Source: Rhodoferax sp. OV413
Lineage (GTDB): Bacteria > Pseudomonadota > Gammaproteobacteria > Burkholderiales > Burkholderiaceae_C
Direction: 5' to 3'
NCBI RefSeq assembly: GCF_945881795.1
Contig: NZ_CAMCVG010000001.1
Coordinates: forward strand, 7,488-71,487
Length of the DNA stretch: 64,000 nt
Shown: positions 25,415 to 33,488 of the stretch, one piece after another
How positions within the stretch are numbered: the stretch's first letter is position 1
Layout: each line of letters starts with the position of its first letter
Notes under the pieces: model-generated
Told to the model about the DNA's origin: nothing
Databases searched by the model: none
Seen by the model: only the letters and a program-made list of their open reading frames with translations
Position numbers and translations under genes: made by a program

Positions 25415-26497
25415 ATGAGTTTGATTCCCGCCACCATCCTGACCGGCTTTCTCGGTTCCGGCAAAACCACGCTTCTGAAGCGGGTGCTGGCCGAGGCCCA
25501 CGGGCAGAAGATTGCCGTGATCGAGAACGAGTTCGGCGAAGAAAACATCGACAGCGACATTCTGGTGAGCGACACCAACGAGCAGATCATCCAGATGAGC
25601 AACGGCTGCGTCTGCTGCACCATCCGGGAAGACCTGCGCACCACGCTCAAGGACCTGGCTGAGAAAAAGCGCAAAGGCGAGCTGGACTTTGAGCGCGTGG
25701 TGATTGAGACCACCGGCGTGGCCGACCCCGGCCCCGTGGCCCAAACCTTCTTTATGGACGACGAGATCGCAGAGACCTACCTGCTGGACTCCATACTGAC
25801 CCTGGTAGACGCCAAACACGCCGCCCAGCAACTCAACGACCGGCAGGAAGCACGCCGCCAGATTGGCTTTGCCGACCAGATTTTTATCAGCAAGTCCGAC
25901 CTGGTGAGCCCGCAAGAGCTCGACGCCCTGATGCACCGCATCAAGCACATGAACCCGCGCGCCCCGCAAAAAGCGGTGCATTTTGGCGATGTGGCGCTGA
26001 AAGAAGTGTTCGACCTGCGTGGATTCAACCTGAATGCCAAGCTCGATATCGATCCGGACTTCTTGAAGAGCGATGACCACGACCACGACCACGCGCATGG
26101 CGAGCACTGTGATCACCCCTCACACGCGCATGAAAAAGCGCATGGGCATGACCACGCCCACGGAGATGACCACGGTCATGGGCACCACCATCACCGCGAT
26201 GACGATGTGAAGAGCTTTGTCTTCAAGTCCGAGCGCGCTTTCGACCCCGCCAAGCTGGAAGACTTTCTGGGCGCCATCGTCAATATCTACGGCCCGCGCA
26301 TGCTGCGCTACAAAGGCGTTCTCTATATGAAGGGCACCGAGCGCAAGGTGATCTTCCAGGGCGTGCACCAACTCATGGGCAGCGACCTCGGGCCGGCCTG
26401 GGCGCCGGGTGAGGTGCGAATGAGCAAGATGGTGTTCATCGGCATCGATTTGCCAAAGGACATTTTTCTGCAGGGCATGGAGCAGTCGCTGGTCTGA
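25415..26497 (+). CDS. COG0523/CobW-family G3E GTPase metallochaperone with His-rich insert
   Basis: P-loop GFLGSGKTTLL and the metal-binding motif GCVCC. His/Asp-rich tract DHDHDHAHGEHCDHPSHAHEKAHGHDHAHGDDHGHGHHHH, followed by a CobW C-terminal domain. Confidence 0.85.
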   Translation: MSLIPATILTGFLGSGKTTLLKRVLAEAHGQKIAVIENEFGEENIDSDILVSDTNEQIIQMSNGCVCCTIREDLRTTLKDLAEKKRKGELDFERVVIETTGVADPGPVAQTFFMDDEIAETYLLDSILTLVDAKHAAQQLNDRQEARRQIGFADQIFISKSDLVSPQELDALMHRIKHMNPRAPQKAVHFGDVALKEVFDLRGFNLNAKLDIDPDFLKSDDHDHDHAHGEHCDHPSHAHEKAHGHDHAHGDDHGHGHHHHRDDDVKSFVFKSERAFDPAKLEDFLGAIVNIYGPRMLRYKGVLYMKGTERKVIFQGVHQLMGSDLGPAWAPGEVRMSKMVFIGIDLPKDIFLQGMEQSLV

Positions 26498-26582
26498 GCC
26501 GGCCGGCAGTTGCGAATGGCGCGAAAGAACACTGTCAAGAACTTACCGCATACTCGCGCCACTAAAAAAGTCTGGGAGTGAT

Positions 26583-28016
26583 ATGTTTGTCTCGCTTTTG
26601 CAACTCATGGGATTTCCCGCAGCGAAGCCTGTACACTCGCGCGCCGAAGAAACCCGCTCTGACGGAGCCTCGGAATCCGTCACGGCGACAGCTGCCCCCA
26701 GCGATGATGCGCAGGATCTACCTGCCGGGAGACCCACAGTGAAATCGAAATCCTCAAAAAAAGTCACGGTGAAAAAAGACTCGGGTAAAGCCGCTTCGAA
26801 AGCCAAAAAAGGCGCGGTCTCCGAGGGTATTGCTAAAGCGGACTCCCCGAAAAAACTCGCCAAGACAGCTGATAAAGCAGCGGAGAAAGCAGTTGCGAAA
26901 GCCATTGATAGAGTGGCTGAGAAAGCTGTGAAGTCTTCCAAGGCCCCCAAACCCGTTGCAAAGCCTGTCGCAAAGCCCGCTGCAAAAGCTGTTGTTGCCA
27001 AACCCGTTGCCAAGGCCGCTGTCAAAGCGGCCGTGAAGGCCCCTGTCAAAGCGCCCTCGAAAGCGCCTGTCGCCACCAAACCGAGCGGCAAAGTCGCTGT
27101 GAAACCTGTGCCATCCACTTCCAGCAAAACCGTGGCTAAGCCTGTAGCTAAGCCCACCCCCAAAGTAACAGCCAAGCCGGTCGCCAAGCCTGTAGCAAAA
27201 ACTGTGGCCCAACCTGCGGTCAAGACACCGGTGAAGGTACCGGTGAAGGCTGCAGCCAAGGCCTCGCCCCAAGCGCCTGCAAAGAGTGCCGCCCCCGAGC
27301 CCAAGGCCAAGGCAGCGGTCCCAGCGCAAAAACCAATCCCTGTGGCCAAGGTCGTGGCAGCACCCGTTGCCGCCGCGGCAGTGCGTGCGGCGCCCGTGGC
27401 GGGCACGCCCGTGCCGGCCAAGGCCGGTCGCCCTTCATCGCGCCTGGCGCAGTTGACCGTACCTTCCATGGCCCAGTCGGTTGCCTCCACGGCTGCCAAG
27501 GCCAGCTACAACCAGACCGAGTCCGCTCCGCGCATCGTTCCCGTGATTCCTGCTATCGTGAAAAAAGACGCCAAACTCGCTAACAACTGGAAGAGCAAGC
27601 CGGTCGCCGAACTGACGGACGCTGAAGTCCTGGCCATGCCGGATGCCGAGTACATGAATGAAGTCCAGATGGCCTTCTTCCGGCTTAAGCTCACCGCCCT
27701 GAAGCGCGACATCCTGGCCAATGCCGGCGAAACCACCGAACACCTGCGCGAAGACTCCTCCGTGGTTCCCGATCCCGCTGACCGCGCCACCATCGAAGAA
27801 GAGCATGCCCTCGAACTGCGCACCCGCGACCGCGAGCGCAAGCTGCTCAAGAAAATCGAGCAATCTATTTCCCGCATCGACGCCGGCGACTACGGCTACT
27901 GCGACGAGACCGGCGAAGCCATCGGCGTGGGCCGCCTGCTGGCCCGCCCGACGGCCACCCTGTCGCTGGAGGCGCAGCAGCGCCGCGAGCTCAAGCAAAA
28001 AATGTTCGGAGACTGA
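26583..28016 (+). CDS. DksA-like RNA polymerase-binding protein lacking the Cys4 zinc finger, fused to a long Lys/Ala/Pro-rich N-terminal domain
   Basis: The C-terminal 140 aa align by eye with E. coli DksA (YMNEVQMAFFR, coiled-coil tip PDPADRAT, ELRTRDRERKLLKKIE, GDYGYCDETGEAIGVGRLLARPTATLSLEA). The N-terminal ~330 aa are KPVAK-type repeats in the same frame. RBS GGGAG lies before the ATG. Confidence 0.7.
   Translation: MFVSLLQLMGFPAAKPVHSRAEETRSDGASESVTATAAPSDDAQDLPAGRPTVKSKSSKKVTVKKDSGKAASKAKKGAVSEGIAKADSPKKLAKTADKAAEKAVAKAIDRVAEKAVKSSKAPKPVAKPVAKPAAKAVVAKPVAKAAVKAAVKAPVKAPSKAPVATKPSGKVAVKPVPSTSSKTVAKPVAKPTPKVTAKPVAKPVAKTVAQPAVKTPVKVPVKAAAKASPQAPAKSAAPEPKAKAAVPAQKPIPVAKVVAAPVAAAAVRAAPVAGTPVPAKAGRPSSRLAQLTVPSMAQSVASTAAKASYNQTESAPRIVPVIPAIVKKDAKLANNWKSKPVAELTDAEVLAMPDAEYMNEVQMAFFRLKLTALKRDILANAGETTEHLREDSSVVPDPADRATIEEEHALELRTRDRERKLLKKIEQSISRIDAGDYGYCDETGEAIGVGRLLARPTATLSLEAQQRRELKQKMFGD
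26946..27264 (+). repeat. 15-bp-periodic coding repeat (KPVAK/KAPVK pentapeptide array)
   Basis: Reiterated AAR-CCN-GTN-GCN-AAR units are visible in the DNA and in the translation PKPVAKPVAKPAAKAVVAKPVAKAAVKAAVKAPVKAPSKAP... Confidence 0.6.
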
Positions 28017-28049
28017 GTGCCGGCCAGACGCTAACGGTCCGGTTCTTCC

Positions 28050-29762
28050 ATGGCACACAAAGACGAACGCCCCGGCCTGCTCTCCAAGGTCGCGATGTTC
28101 GTCCGCAACCCGACCAAAGACTGGTCGGAGTTGAACCCTCCGGATTCCCGGCCCGATAGCGCGCACGACAAGCTGGCCCTCAAGGCCATGATCGAGCGCA
28201 AGCGCCAGAACGACTTTGTGCGCAAGCGGGAGTTCGACCATCTGCGCAAACTCCGCAATCGCGACCCCGCCGCTACCGCCAGCCAAAGCCGGCCCTCTTT
28301 TTTCCAGAGCAGCATCGCGTCCGACCCTGACGGGCGGGCCACCACGCTCAAGAAGATTGATGAAATCGAGGCCCAGATGTCACGCCAATGGTGGCGTGCC
28401 AAGCTGGACGGCGGCACTGTGCAAGGGCCGCTGCCCTCCGCCGTGCCCGACGCGGCGGCTCCCGAGACCCGTCCGGCGGTGCGCGCGTTTGAGACCGCGC
28501 CGCTTGCGCTGCCCTCCGCGTTCAAGACCACGGTGCCCCTCGGGCTGGGTAAACGGCCCGCGCCGTCCGGCTCCCCGGTTGACGAGCCTCCCACCGAATA
28601 TGCAGCCACCGGCTTGGGGCCGGACATGCTGGACCTCGAGCTCGGGCCGCGCCCGCCGCACAGCGGGCCGGTAACCCACATCAGCGATGCGGGGGAGTTG
28701 CGATTTTCCACCTCCGACCTGTTCGCGATCGACATCGAGGATGTAGAAACCGATCCCGACTTGGAGGAAGCCGCCATCCGGTTTGCCAATGGCAATGACG
28801 CAGGGGCAGAAGCCGGGCTGGTTCAGGCGCTGGCCTCCGCGAAGACCCCCGGTGGCATGGCCGCCAACTGGGCTGCCGCGCTGCTCGACCTCTACCGTGC
28901 CACCGGCGACCAGGCCAAGTTTGACCGCGCCATCGTGGACTACGCCCCATGGTGGCAGGGCCGCCTGCCCGTGTGGGATGCAGACCTGCAGGGCCGCGCG
29001 GCCTGCGGCAGCGCCGCAGCGCCAGATCCCCTGGAGGGCGCTGCGATACCGGTGCTGTGGTCCAGCCCTGCGGTGCTCGATGCGCACAGCATGGAGTCCT
29101 TGCGCGCGACATGGTCCGGGCAGCCCGCGCCCTGGGCGCTGGACTGGCGGCAGCTCGAGGCGATTGCGCCCGAGGCCATGTCTCACTTGGGCGAATTTCT
29201 GCGCCGCGTCTGCGATGAGCCGGTCGGACTGCGATGTGCCGGAGGGTCCGCGCTGCTGGATGCGCTGCGCACCGTTGCCCCCGCGGGCGACCGGTCGGTC
29301 GATCCGGCCTGGTGGCATGCGCGGCTCAATGCCTTGCGCGCCATGGGCGATCTCGATGCATTTGAGCTGGTGGCCCTGGACTATTGCGTCACCTACGAGG
29401 TGTCGCCACCCGCTTGGGAATTGCCGCGCTGTGATTACGCAGCCCTCTCCGATGCGCCCTCCCACGCGATGGAGCTGGTTGGCAATATCAGCGGCATTGT
29501 CAGCGGCAATATCAGCGGTGATGTGGCCGGCATTCTGTCTGCCATCGACGCTGCGCCGCGTGGGGCCGGCCCAATAGTCGTGCCATGCCGCCGTCTGGTG
29601 CGGATTGATTTTGCTGCCGCCGGCAGCATCCTGAACTGGGTTGCAGCCCGCCAGTCCGAGGGGCGCATCGTGCAGTTTCAGGACGTGAACCGGCTGGTCG
29701 CGGCATTTTTCAATGTCGTCGGCATCCACGAGCACGCGCGGGTCATGCTCCGTCCCTTGTAG
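28050..29762 (+). CDS. Hypothetical protein with two STAS-like modules
   Basis: 570-aa ORF. Charged N-terminus (KLALKAMIERKRQNDFVRKREFDHLRKLR), then a Pro-rich linker, then two copies of a helical segment plus a STAS-like segment (LDWRQLEAIAPEAMSHLGEFL... and VRIDFAAAGSILNWVAARQSEGRIVQFQDVNRLVAAFFNVVGI). The domain call is tentative. Confidence 0.45.
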   Translation: MAHKDERPGLLSKVAMFVRNPTKDWSELNPPDSRPDSAHDKLALKAMIERKRQNDFVRKREFDHLRKLRNRDPAATASQSRPSFFQSSIASDPDGRATTLKKIDEIEAQMSRQWWRAKLDGGTVQGPLPSAVPDAAAPETRPAVRAFETAPLALPSAFKTTVPLGLGKRPAPSGSPVDEPPTEYAATGLGPDMLDLELGPRPPHSGPVTHISDAGELRFSTSDLFAIDIEDVETDPDLEEAAIRFANGNDAGAEAGLVQALASAKTPGGMAANWAAALLDLYRATGDQAKFDRAIVDYAPWWQGRLPVWDADLQGRAACGSAAAPDPLEGAAIPVLWSSPAVLDAHSMESLRATWSGQPAPWALDWRQLEAIAPEAMSHLGEFLRRVCDEPVGLRCAGGSALLDALRTVAPAGDRSVDPAWWHARLNALRAMGDLDAFELVALDYCVTYEVSPPAWELPRCDYAALSDAPSHAMELVGNISGIVSGNISGDVAGILSAIDAAPRGAGPIVVPCRRLVRIDFAAAGSILNWVAARQSEGRIVQFQDVNRLVAAFFNVVGIHEHARVMLRPL

Positions 29763-29973
29763 CCCCTGGCCATCCCGCAGCCCGGACCCTGGCCGCCACT
29801 CGGCGACCCGATAAACGGCAACTCCCTTCAAGCATCACTTTCAGAGCCTCTGCTAAGTGCTTAATTTAGAACGATTTTTGGGTCTTTGCGGCCTTCTAAA
29901 ACGCTTCTAAGTCCTTGATTTCATTGAAAATTTTTCGCAAAAGGCCTTTTGCAAAGCGCGCATTTGCTGATAC

Positions 29974-30008
29974 AGTGCAAAAAAGTGCAATTAAGTGGTG
30001 AAAAGTGC
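29974..30008 (+). promoter_or_regulatory. Array of four 10-bp-phased AGTG(C/G) direct repeats, candidate MraZ operator in the dcw promoter region
   Basis: AGTGCAAAAA-AGTGCAATTA-AGTGGTGAAA-AGTGC, with AGTG at 29974, 29984, 29994 and 30004. It lies 50-80 nt upstream of the mraZ GTG start. Confidence 0.55.
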
Positions 30009-30055
30009 CGCTCGGTTGCTGTTTTCTGGGCTTCGCAGCAAAAAGGTGTTAATTC

Positions 30056-30484
30056 GTGTTCCAAGGGGCTTCGTCAATCAGTCTGGATGCAAAGGGTCGC
30101 CTCTCGGTGCCGACCCGGCATCGCGACGTCCTGAGTGCGACCGCCGCCGGGCAGTTGACGATGACCAAGCACCCCCACGGCTGCCTGATGGTGTTTCCCC
30201 GCCCCGAATGGGAAAAGTTCCGCGAACGCATTGCGGCCCTGCCGATGTCGGCGCAGTGGTGGAAGCGCATATTTCTGGGTAACGCCATGGATGTGGAGAT
30301 GGACGGCACCGGCCGTGTGCTGATTTCGCCCGAGCTGCGCGAGTCGGCGGGTATCGCCAAGGACACCATCCTGCTGGGCATGGGCAACCACTTTGAGTTG
30401 TGGGACAAAGCCACCTACGACGCCCAGGAAGCCAAAGCCATGCAGGGCGACATGCCCGATGTCTTCAAGGACTTCTCTTTTTAA
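30056..30484 (+). CDS. mraZ: Transcriptional regulator MraZ
   Basis: GTG start; [19 protein letters not shown] and a second SpoVT/AbrB-like repeat [10 protein letters not shown]. 142 aa. Confidence 0.9.
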   Translation: MFQGASSISLDAKGRLSVPTRHRDVLSATAAGQLTMTKHPHGCLMVFPRPEWEKFRERIAALPMSAQWWKRIFLGNAMDVEMDGTGRVLISPELRESAGIAKDTILLGMGNHFELWDKATYDAQEAKAMQGDMPDVFKDFSF

Positions 30485-30493
30485 GGTCTGACG

Positions 30494-31429
30494 GTGGAAG
30501 CTCTTCGGAACCATACCACCGTGATGTTGAGCGAGGCGGTGGAGGCCCTGTTCAGCGTGGGTGGTGTCGCGTTTAACGGCGCGGCGGAGGCTACCTATGT
30601 GGATGCCACCTTCGGCCGCGGAGGGCACTCCCGCAGCATCCTGTCCCGCCTCGACGATTCCGGCCGGTTGATCGCCTTTGACCGCGACCCCGAAGCGGTG
30701 GCCGAGGCCGCGAACATTACCGACCCCCGTTTTTCCATCCGCCATGAGGGCTTTTCCCAGCTCGGTGAGTTGCCGGCTGCCAGTATCGGCGGCTTGCTGA
30801 TGGACCTGGGCGTGAGCTCCCCCCAGATTGACAGCCCGCAGCGGGGCTTCAGCTTCCGCTTCGACGGGCCCTTGGACATGCGCATGGACACAACGCGCGG
30901 TGAGAGTGTGGCCCAGTGGCTGGAGACGGCCGAAATCAATCAGATTGCGGAGGTGATACGTGACTATGGTGAAGAACGGTTTGCTGGCCCCATTGCAAAG
31001 GCGATTGTTGCTCGCCGACAGGAACGGGGCCCAATTTCATCCACCGCCGAGCTGGCCCAGCTCGTGGCTGACACGGTCAAAACCCGCGAGCAGGGCCAGA
31101 ACCCTGCAACGCGCACATTTCAGGCTTTTCGGATTTTCATCAACGCCGAGCTTGAAGAGCTGCAACAGGCGCTAGCCGCCAGTCTGGACGTTTTGCAGGC
31201 GGGCGGGCGCCTGGCGGTCATCAGCTTTCACTCTTTGGAAGACCGCATCGTCAAGCAGTTCATCGCCAAGCATTCGAAAGAAGAGTACGACCGTCGCAAC
31301 CCGTTTGCCGCCCCGAAGGACATGAAACTCAAGGCCCTGGGTCGCCTCAAGCCCAGTGACGAAGAGGTGGCGGCAAACCCCCGCTCGCGCAGCGCCATAC
31401 TGCGCGTGGCGCAAAGGATGCCGGCATGA
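30494..31429 (+). CDS. rsmH: 16S rRNA (cytosine1402-N4)-methyltransferase RsmH
   Basis: [43 protein letters not shown]. 311 aa. Confidence 0.9.
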   Translation: MEALRNHTTVMLSEAVEALFSVGGVAFNGAAEATYVDATFGRGGHSRSILSRLDDSGRLIAFDRDPEAVAEAANITDPRFSIRHEGFSQLGELPAASIGGLLMDLGVSSPQIDSPQRGFSFRFDGPLDMRMDTTRGESVAQWLETAEINQIAEVIRDYGEERFAGPIAKAIVARRQERGPISSTAELAQLVADTVKTREQGQNPATRTFQAFRIFINAELEELQQALAASLDVLQAGGRLAVISFHSLEDRIVKQFIAKHSKEEYDRRNPFAAPKDMKLKALGRLKPSDEEVAANPRSRSAILRVAQRMPA

Positions 31430-31746
31430 TCCGGCTGAGCCTCTTGCTGCTGGTGGCCCTGGTGGGTAGCGCACTCTTTCTGGTCAGCGTGCAGTACGAC
31501 TCCCGCCGTCTTTTTACCGAGCTGGACAAGGCCCGTGCAGACGCCCGCCGCCTCGAGACGGAGCACGGTCGCCTGCAGGTCGCCAAGCGGGAGCAGGCCA
31601 CCTCGGCCCGCGTCGAGCAACTCGCGCGCGAGAAACTGCAAATGCACCAGGTCACCCCGGCCATTACCAATTACGTCACTTACGCCGCGCCTGTTGCGTC
31701 GGCAGCTACTAATTCTGTAGCGCCGGGCGGAAAGGGTGCGCCATGA
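31426..31746 (+). CDS. ftsL: Cell division protein FtsL
   Basis: 106 aa, single TM then a coiled coil ([31 protein letters not shown]). ATGA overlap with rsmH. Position supports the call. Confidence 0.75.
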   Translation: MIRLSLLLLVALVGSALFLVSVQYDSRRLFTELDKARADARRLETEHGRLQVAKREQATSARVEQLAREKLQMHQVTPAITNYVTYAAPVASAATNSVAPGGKGAP

Positions 31747-33488
31747 CGCGCCGCGGCATCCAGTACACCTCCAGCCCTCTGCTGGCCAGCCGCACGCCGG
31801 TGTGGCGCGGCAAATTTGTGGTGGGCGTCATTGCGCTGGGCTTTGCAGGGCTGGTAGCGCGCTCGGCCTACATCCAGGTCTACAAAAACGATTTCTTCCA
31901 GAAGCAGGGCGAGATCCGGTTTGCCCGCACGATTGACCTGCCGGCCGACCGCGGCCGCATTCTGGACCGCAATGGACTGATTTTGGGCTCAAGCGTGCCC
32001 GCGCCCAGCATCTGGGCTATCCCTGAAGACGTTGAGCTCGAAAAAGGCCAGCTGGCAGACCTGGCCAGGCTGCTGGGCATGCCCGCGGCCGACATTGCCA
32101 AGAAGCTCAAGGACGAAGACAAGACCTTTGTCTGGATCAAGCGCCAGGTGGACGCGGACGTCGCGAAAAAGATCGCCGAGCTCAATATCAAGGGCATTTA
32201 CCAGCGCAAGGAATACAAGCGCCAGTACCCTGAGGGCGAGGCTGCGGCGCACATCGTGGGCTTCACCAATGTAGAAGACAACGGCCAGGAGGGCGTGGAG
32301 CTGATGTTCAATAAGCAGCTGCTCGGCCGCCCCGGCATGCACAACGTGATCAAGGACCGGTTTGGCCGCGCGGTCGAGGGTGTGGGAGACATCGTGCAGC
32401 CGGTGCGCGGCCGCGATGTGCAGCTGAGCATCGACAGCAAAGTGCAGTTTTTTGCCTACCAGAAACTGCGCGAAGCGGTGCAGGCGCAAAAGGCCAAAGC
32501 GGGCAGCGTGGTGGTGCTCGACGCGGTGACCGGTGAAGTGCTGGCGCTGGCCAATTACCCCAGCTATACCCCCGACAAGCGCCAAAATCTGACCGGCGCC
32601 CAGCTGCGCAATCGCGCCCTGACCGACACCTTTGAGCCCGGCTCGGTGATGAAGCCCTTCACCGTGGGGCTGGCGCTGGAGACCGGCCGCGTCAAATCCA
32701 GCACCTTGATTGACACTGCCCCGGGCTCGATGACTATCACCGGCGCCACTATTCGCGATTCGCGCCCCCACGGCGCCCTCACGGTGGAGCAGATCATCCA
32801 GGTCTCCAGCAACGTCGGCACCACCAAGCTGGCGATGCAAATGCCCGCCAGTGAAATGTGGCAGACCTTCTCGCAGGTGGGCTTCGGCCAGAAGCCGCAA
32901 ATCGAATTCCCCGGCGTGGTTTCGGGCCGCCTGCGCCCCGCCAAGTCGTGGCGCCCGATTGAGCAGGCCACCATTTCGTACGGCTACGGCATGTCGGCCT
33001 CGCTGTTCCAGATGGTGCGCTCGTATACCGTGTTCTCTCACGGCGGGCAGATCATTCCAGCCACCCTGCTCAAGACCAGCGAACCGGCGGTGGGCGTGCA
33101 GGTCTTCTCGGAGCAAACCGCCACCAAGGTCCGTCACATGCTGAAGATGGCGGCCGGCCCCGGCGGCACCGCGCCCAAGGCGCAGACCATCGGCTACTCG
33201 GTAGGCGGCAAGTCGGGCACGGCCTACAAGCAAATCGGCAAGGGCTACGGAACGGACGGCAACCGCAAATACCGCAGCTGGTTTGTGGGCATGGCGCCGA
33301 TTGACCAGCCGCGCATCATTGTGGGCGTGATGCTCGACGAGCCGAGCAACGGCAAGTACTACGGTGGCGAGATTGCAGCCCCGGTGTTCAGTGAAACCGT
33401 GCAGCAAACCCTGCGCATGATGGGCGTGCAGCCCGACATGGCGGTGCGCCCCAACATCGTGGCCGATGCGGTGGAGGAGAGCTTCTGA
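31743..33488 (+). CDS. ftsI: Peptidoglycan D,D-transpeptidase FtsI (PBP3)
   Basis: 581 aa. SxxK (SVMKPF), SSN (QVSSNVG) and KSGT (GGKSGTA) motifs. Confidence 0.9.
   Translation: MTRRGIQYTSSPLLASRTPVWRGKFVVGVIALGFAGLVARSAYIQVYKNDFFQKQGEIRFARTIDLPADRGRILDRNGLILGSSVPAPSIWAIPEDVELEKGQLADLARLLGMPAADIAKKLKDEDKTFVWIKRQVDADVAKKIAELNIKGIYQRKEYKRQYPEGEAAAHIVGFTNVEDNGQEGVELMFNKQLLGRPGMHNVIKDRFGRAVEGVGDIVQPVRGRDVQLSIDSKVQFFAYQKLREAVQAQKAKAGSVVVLDAVTGEVLALANYPSYTPDKRQNLTGAQLRNRALTDTFEPGSVMKPFTVGLALETGRVKSSTLIDTAPGSMTITGATIRDSRPHGALTVEQIIQVSSNVGTTKLAMQMPASEMWQTFSQVGFGQKPQIEFPGVVSGRLRPAKSWRPIEQATISYGYGMSASLFQMVRSYTVFSHGGQIIPATLLKTSEPAVGVQVFSEQTATKVRHMLKMAAGPGGTAPKAQTIGYSVGGKSGTAYKQIGKGYGTDGNRKYRSWFVGMAPIDQPRIIVGVMLDEPSNGKYYGGEIAAPVFSETVQQTLRMMGVQPDMAVRPNIVADAVEESF

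Noticed and set aside
26946-27264. Regular short-period DNA repeat that could be mistaken for a CRISPR or VNTR locus
   Set aside because: The period is 15 bp with no spacers of unique sequence. It stays in frame within a coding region and encodes a pentapeptide repeat.
26543-27499. 318-aa minus-strand ORF with GLATGLA-type repeats
   Set aside because: It is the mirror image of the KPVAK repeat array. The + frame is preferred because it runs without interruption into a bona fide DksA domain and begins at an ATG with an RBS. This is still worth proteomic confirmation.
28380-29831. 483-aa minus-strand ORF
   Set aside because: It is antisense to the 570-aa + strand ORF and has Arg/Gly/Pro-rich shadow-like composition. 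The + strand choice is itself only moderately supported.
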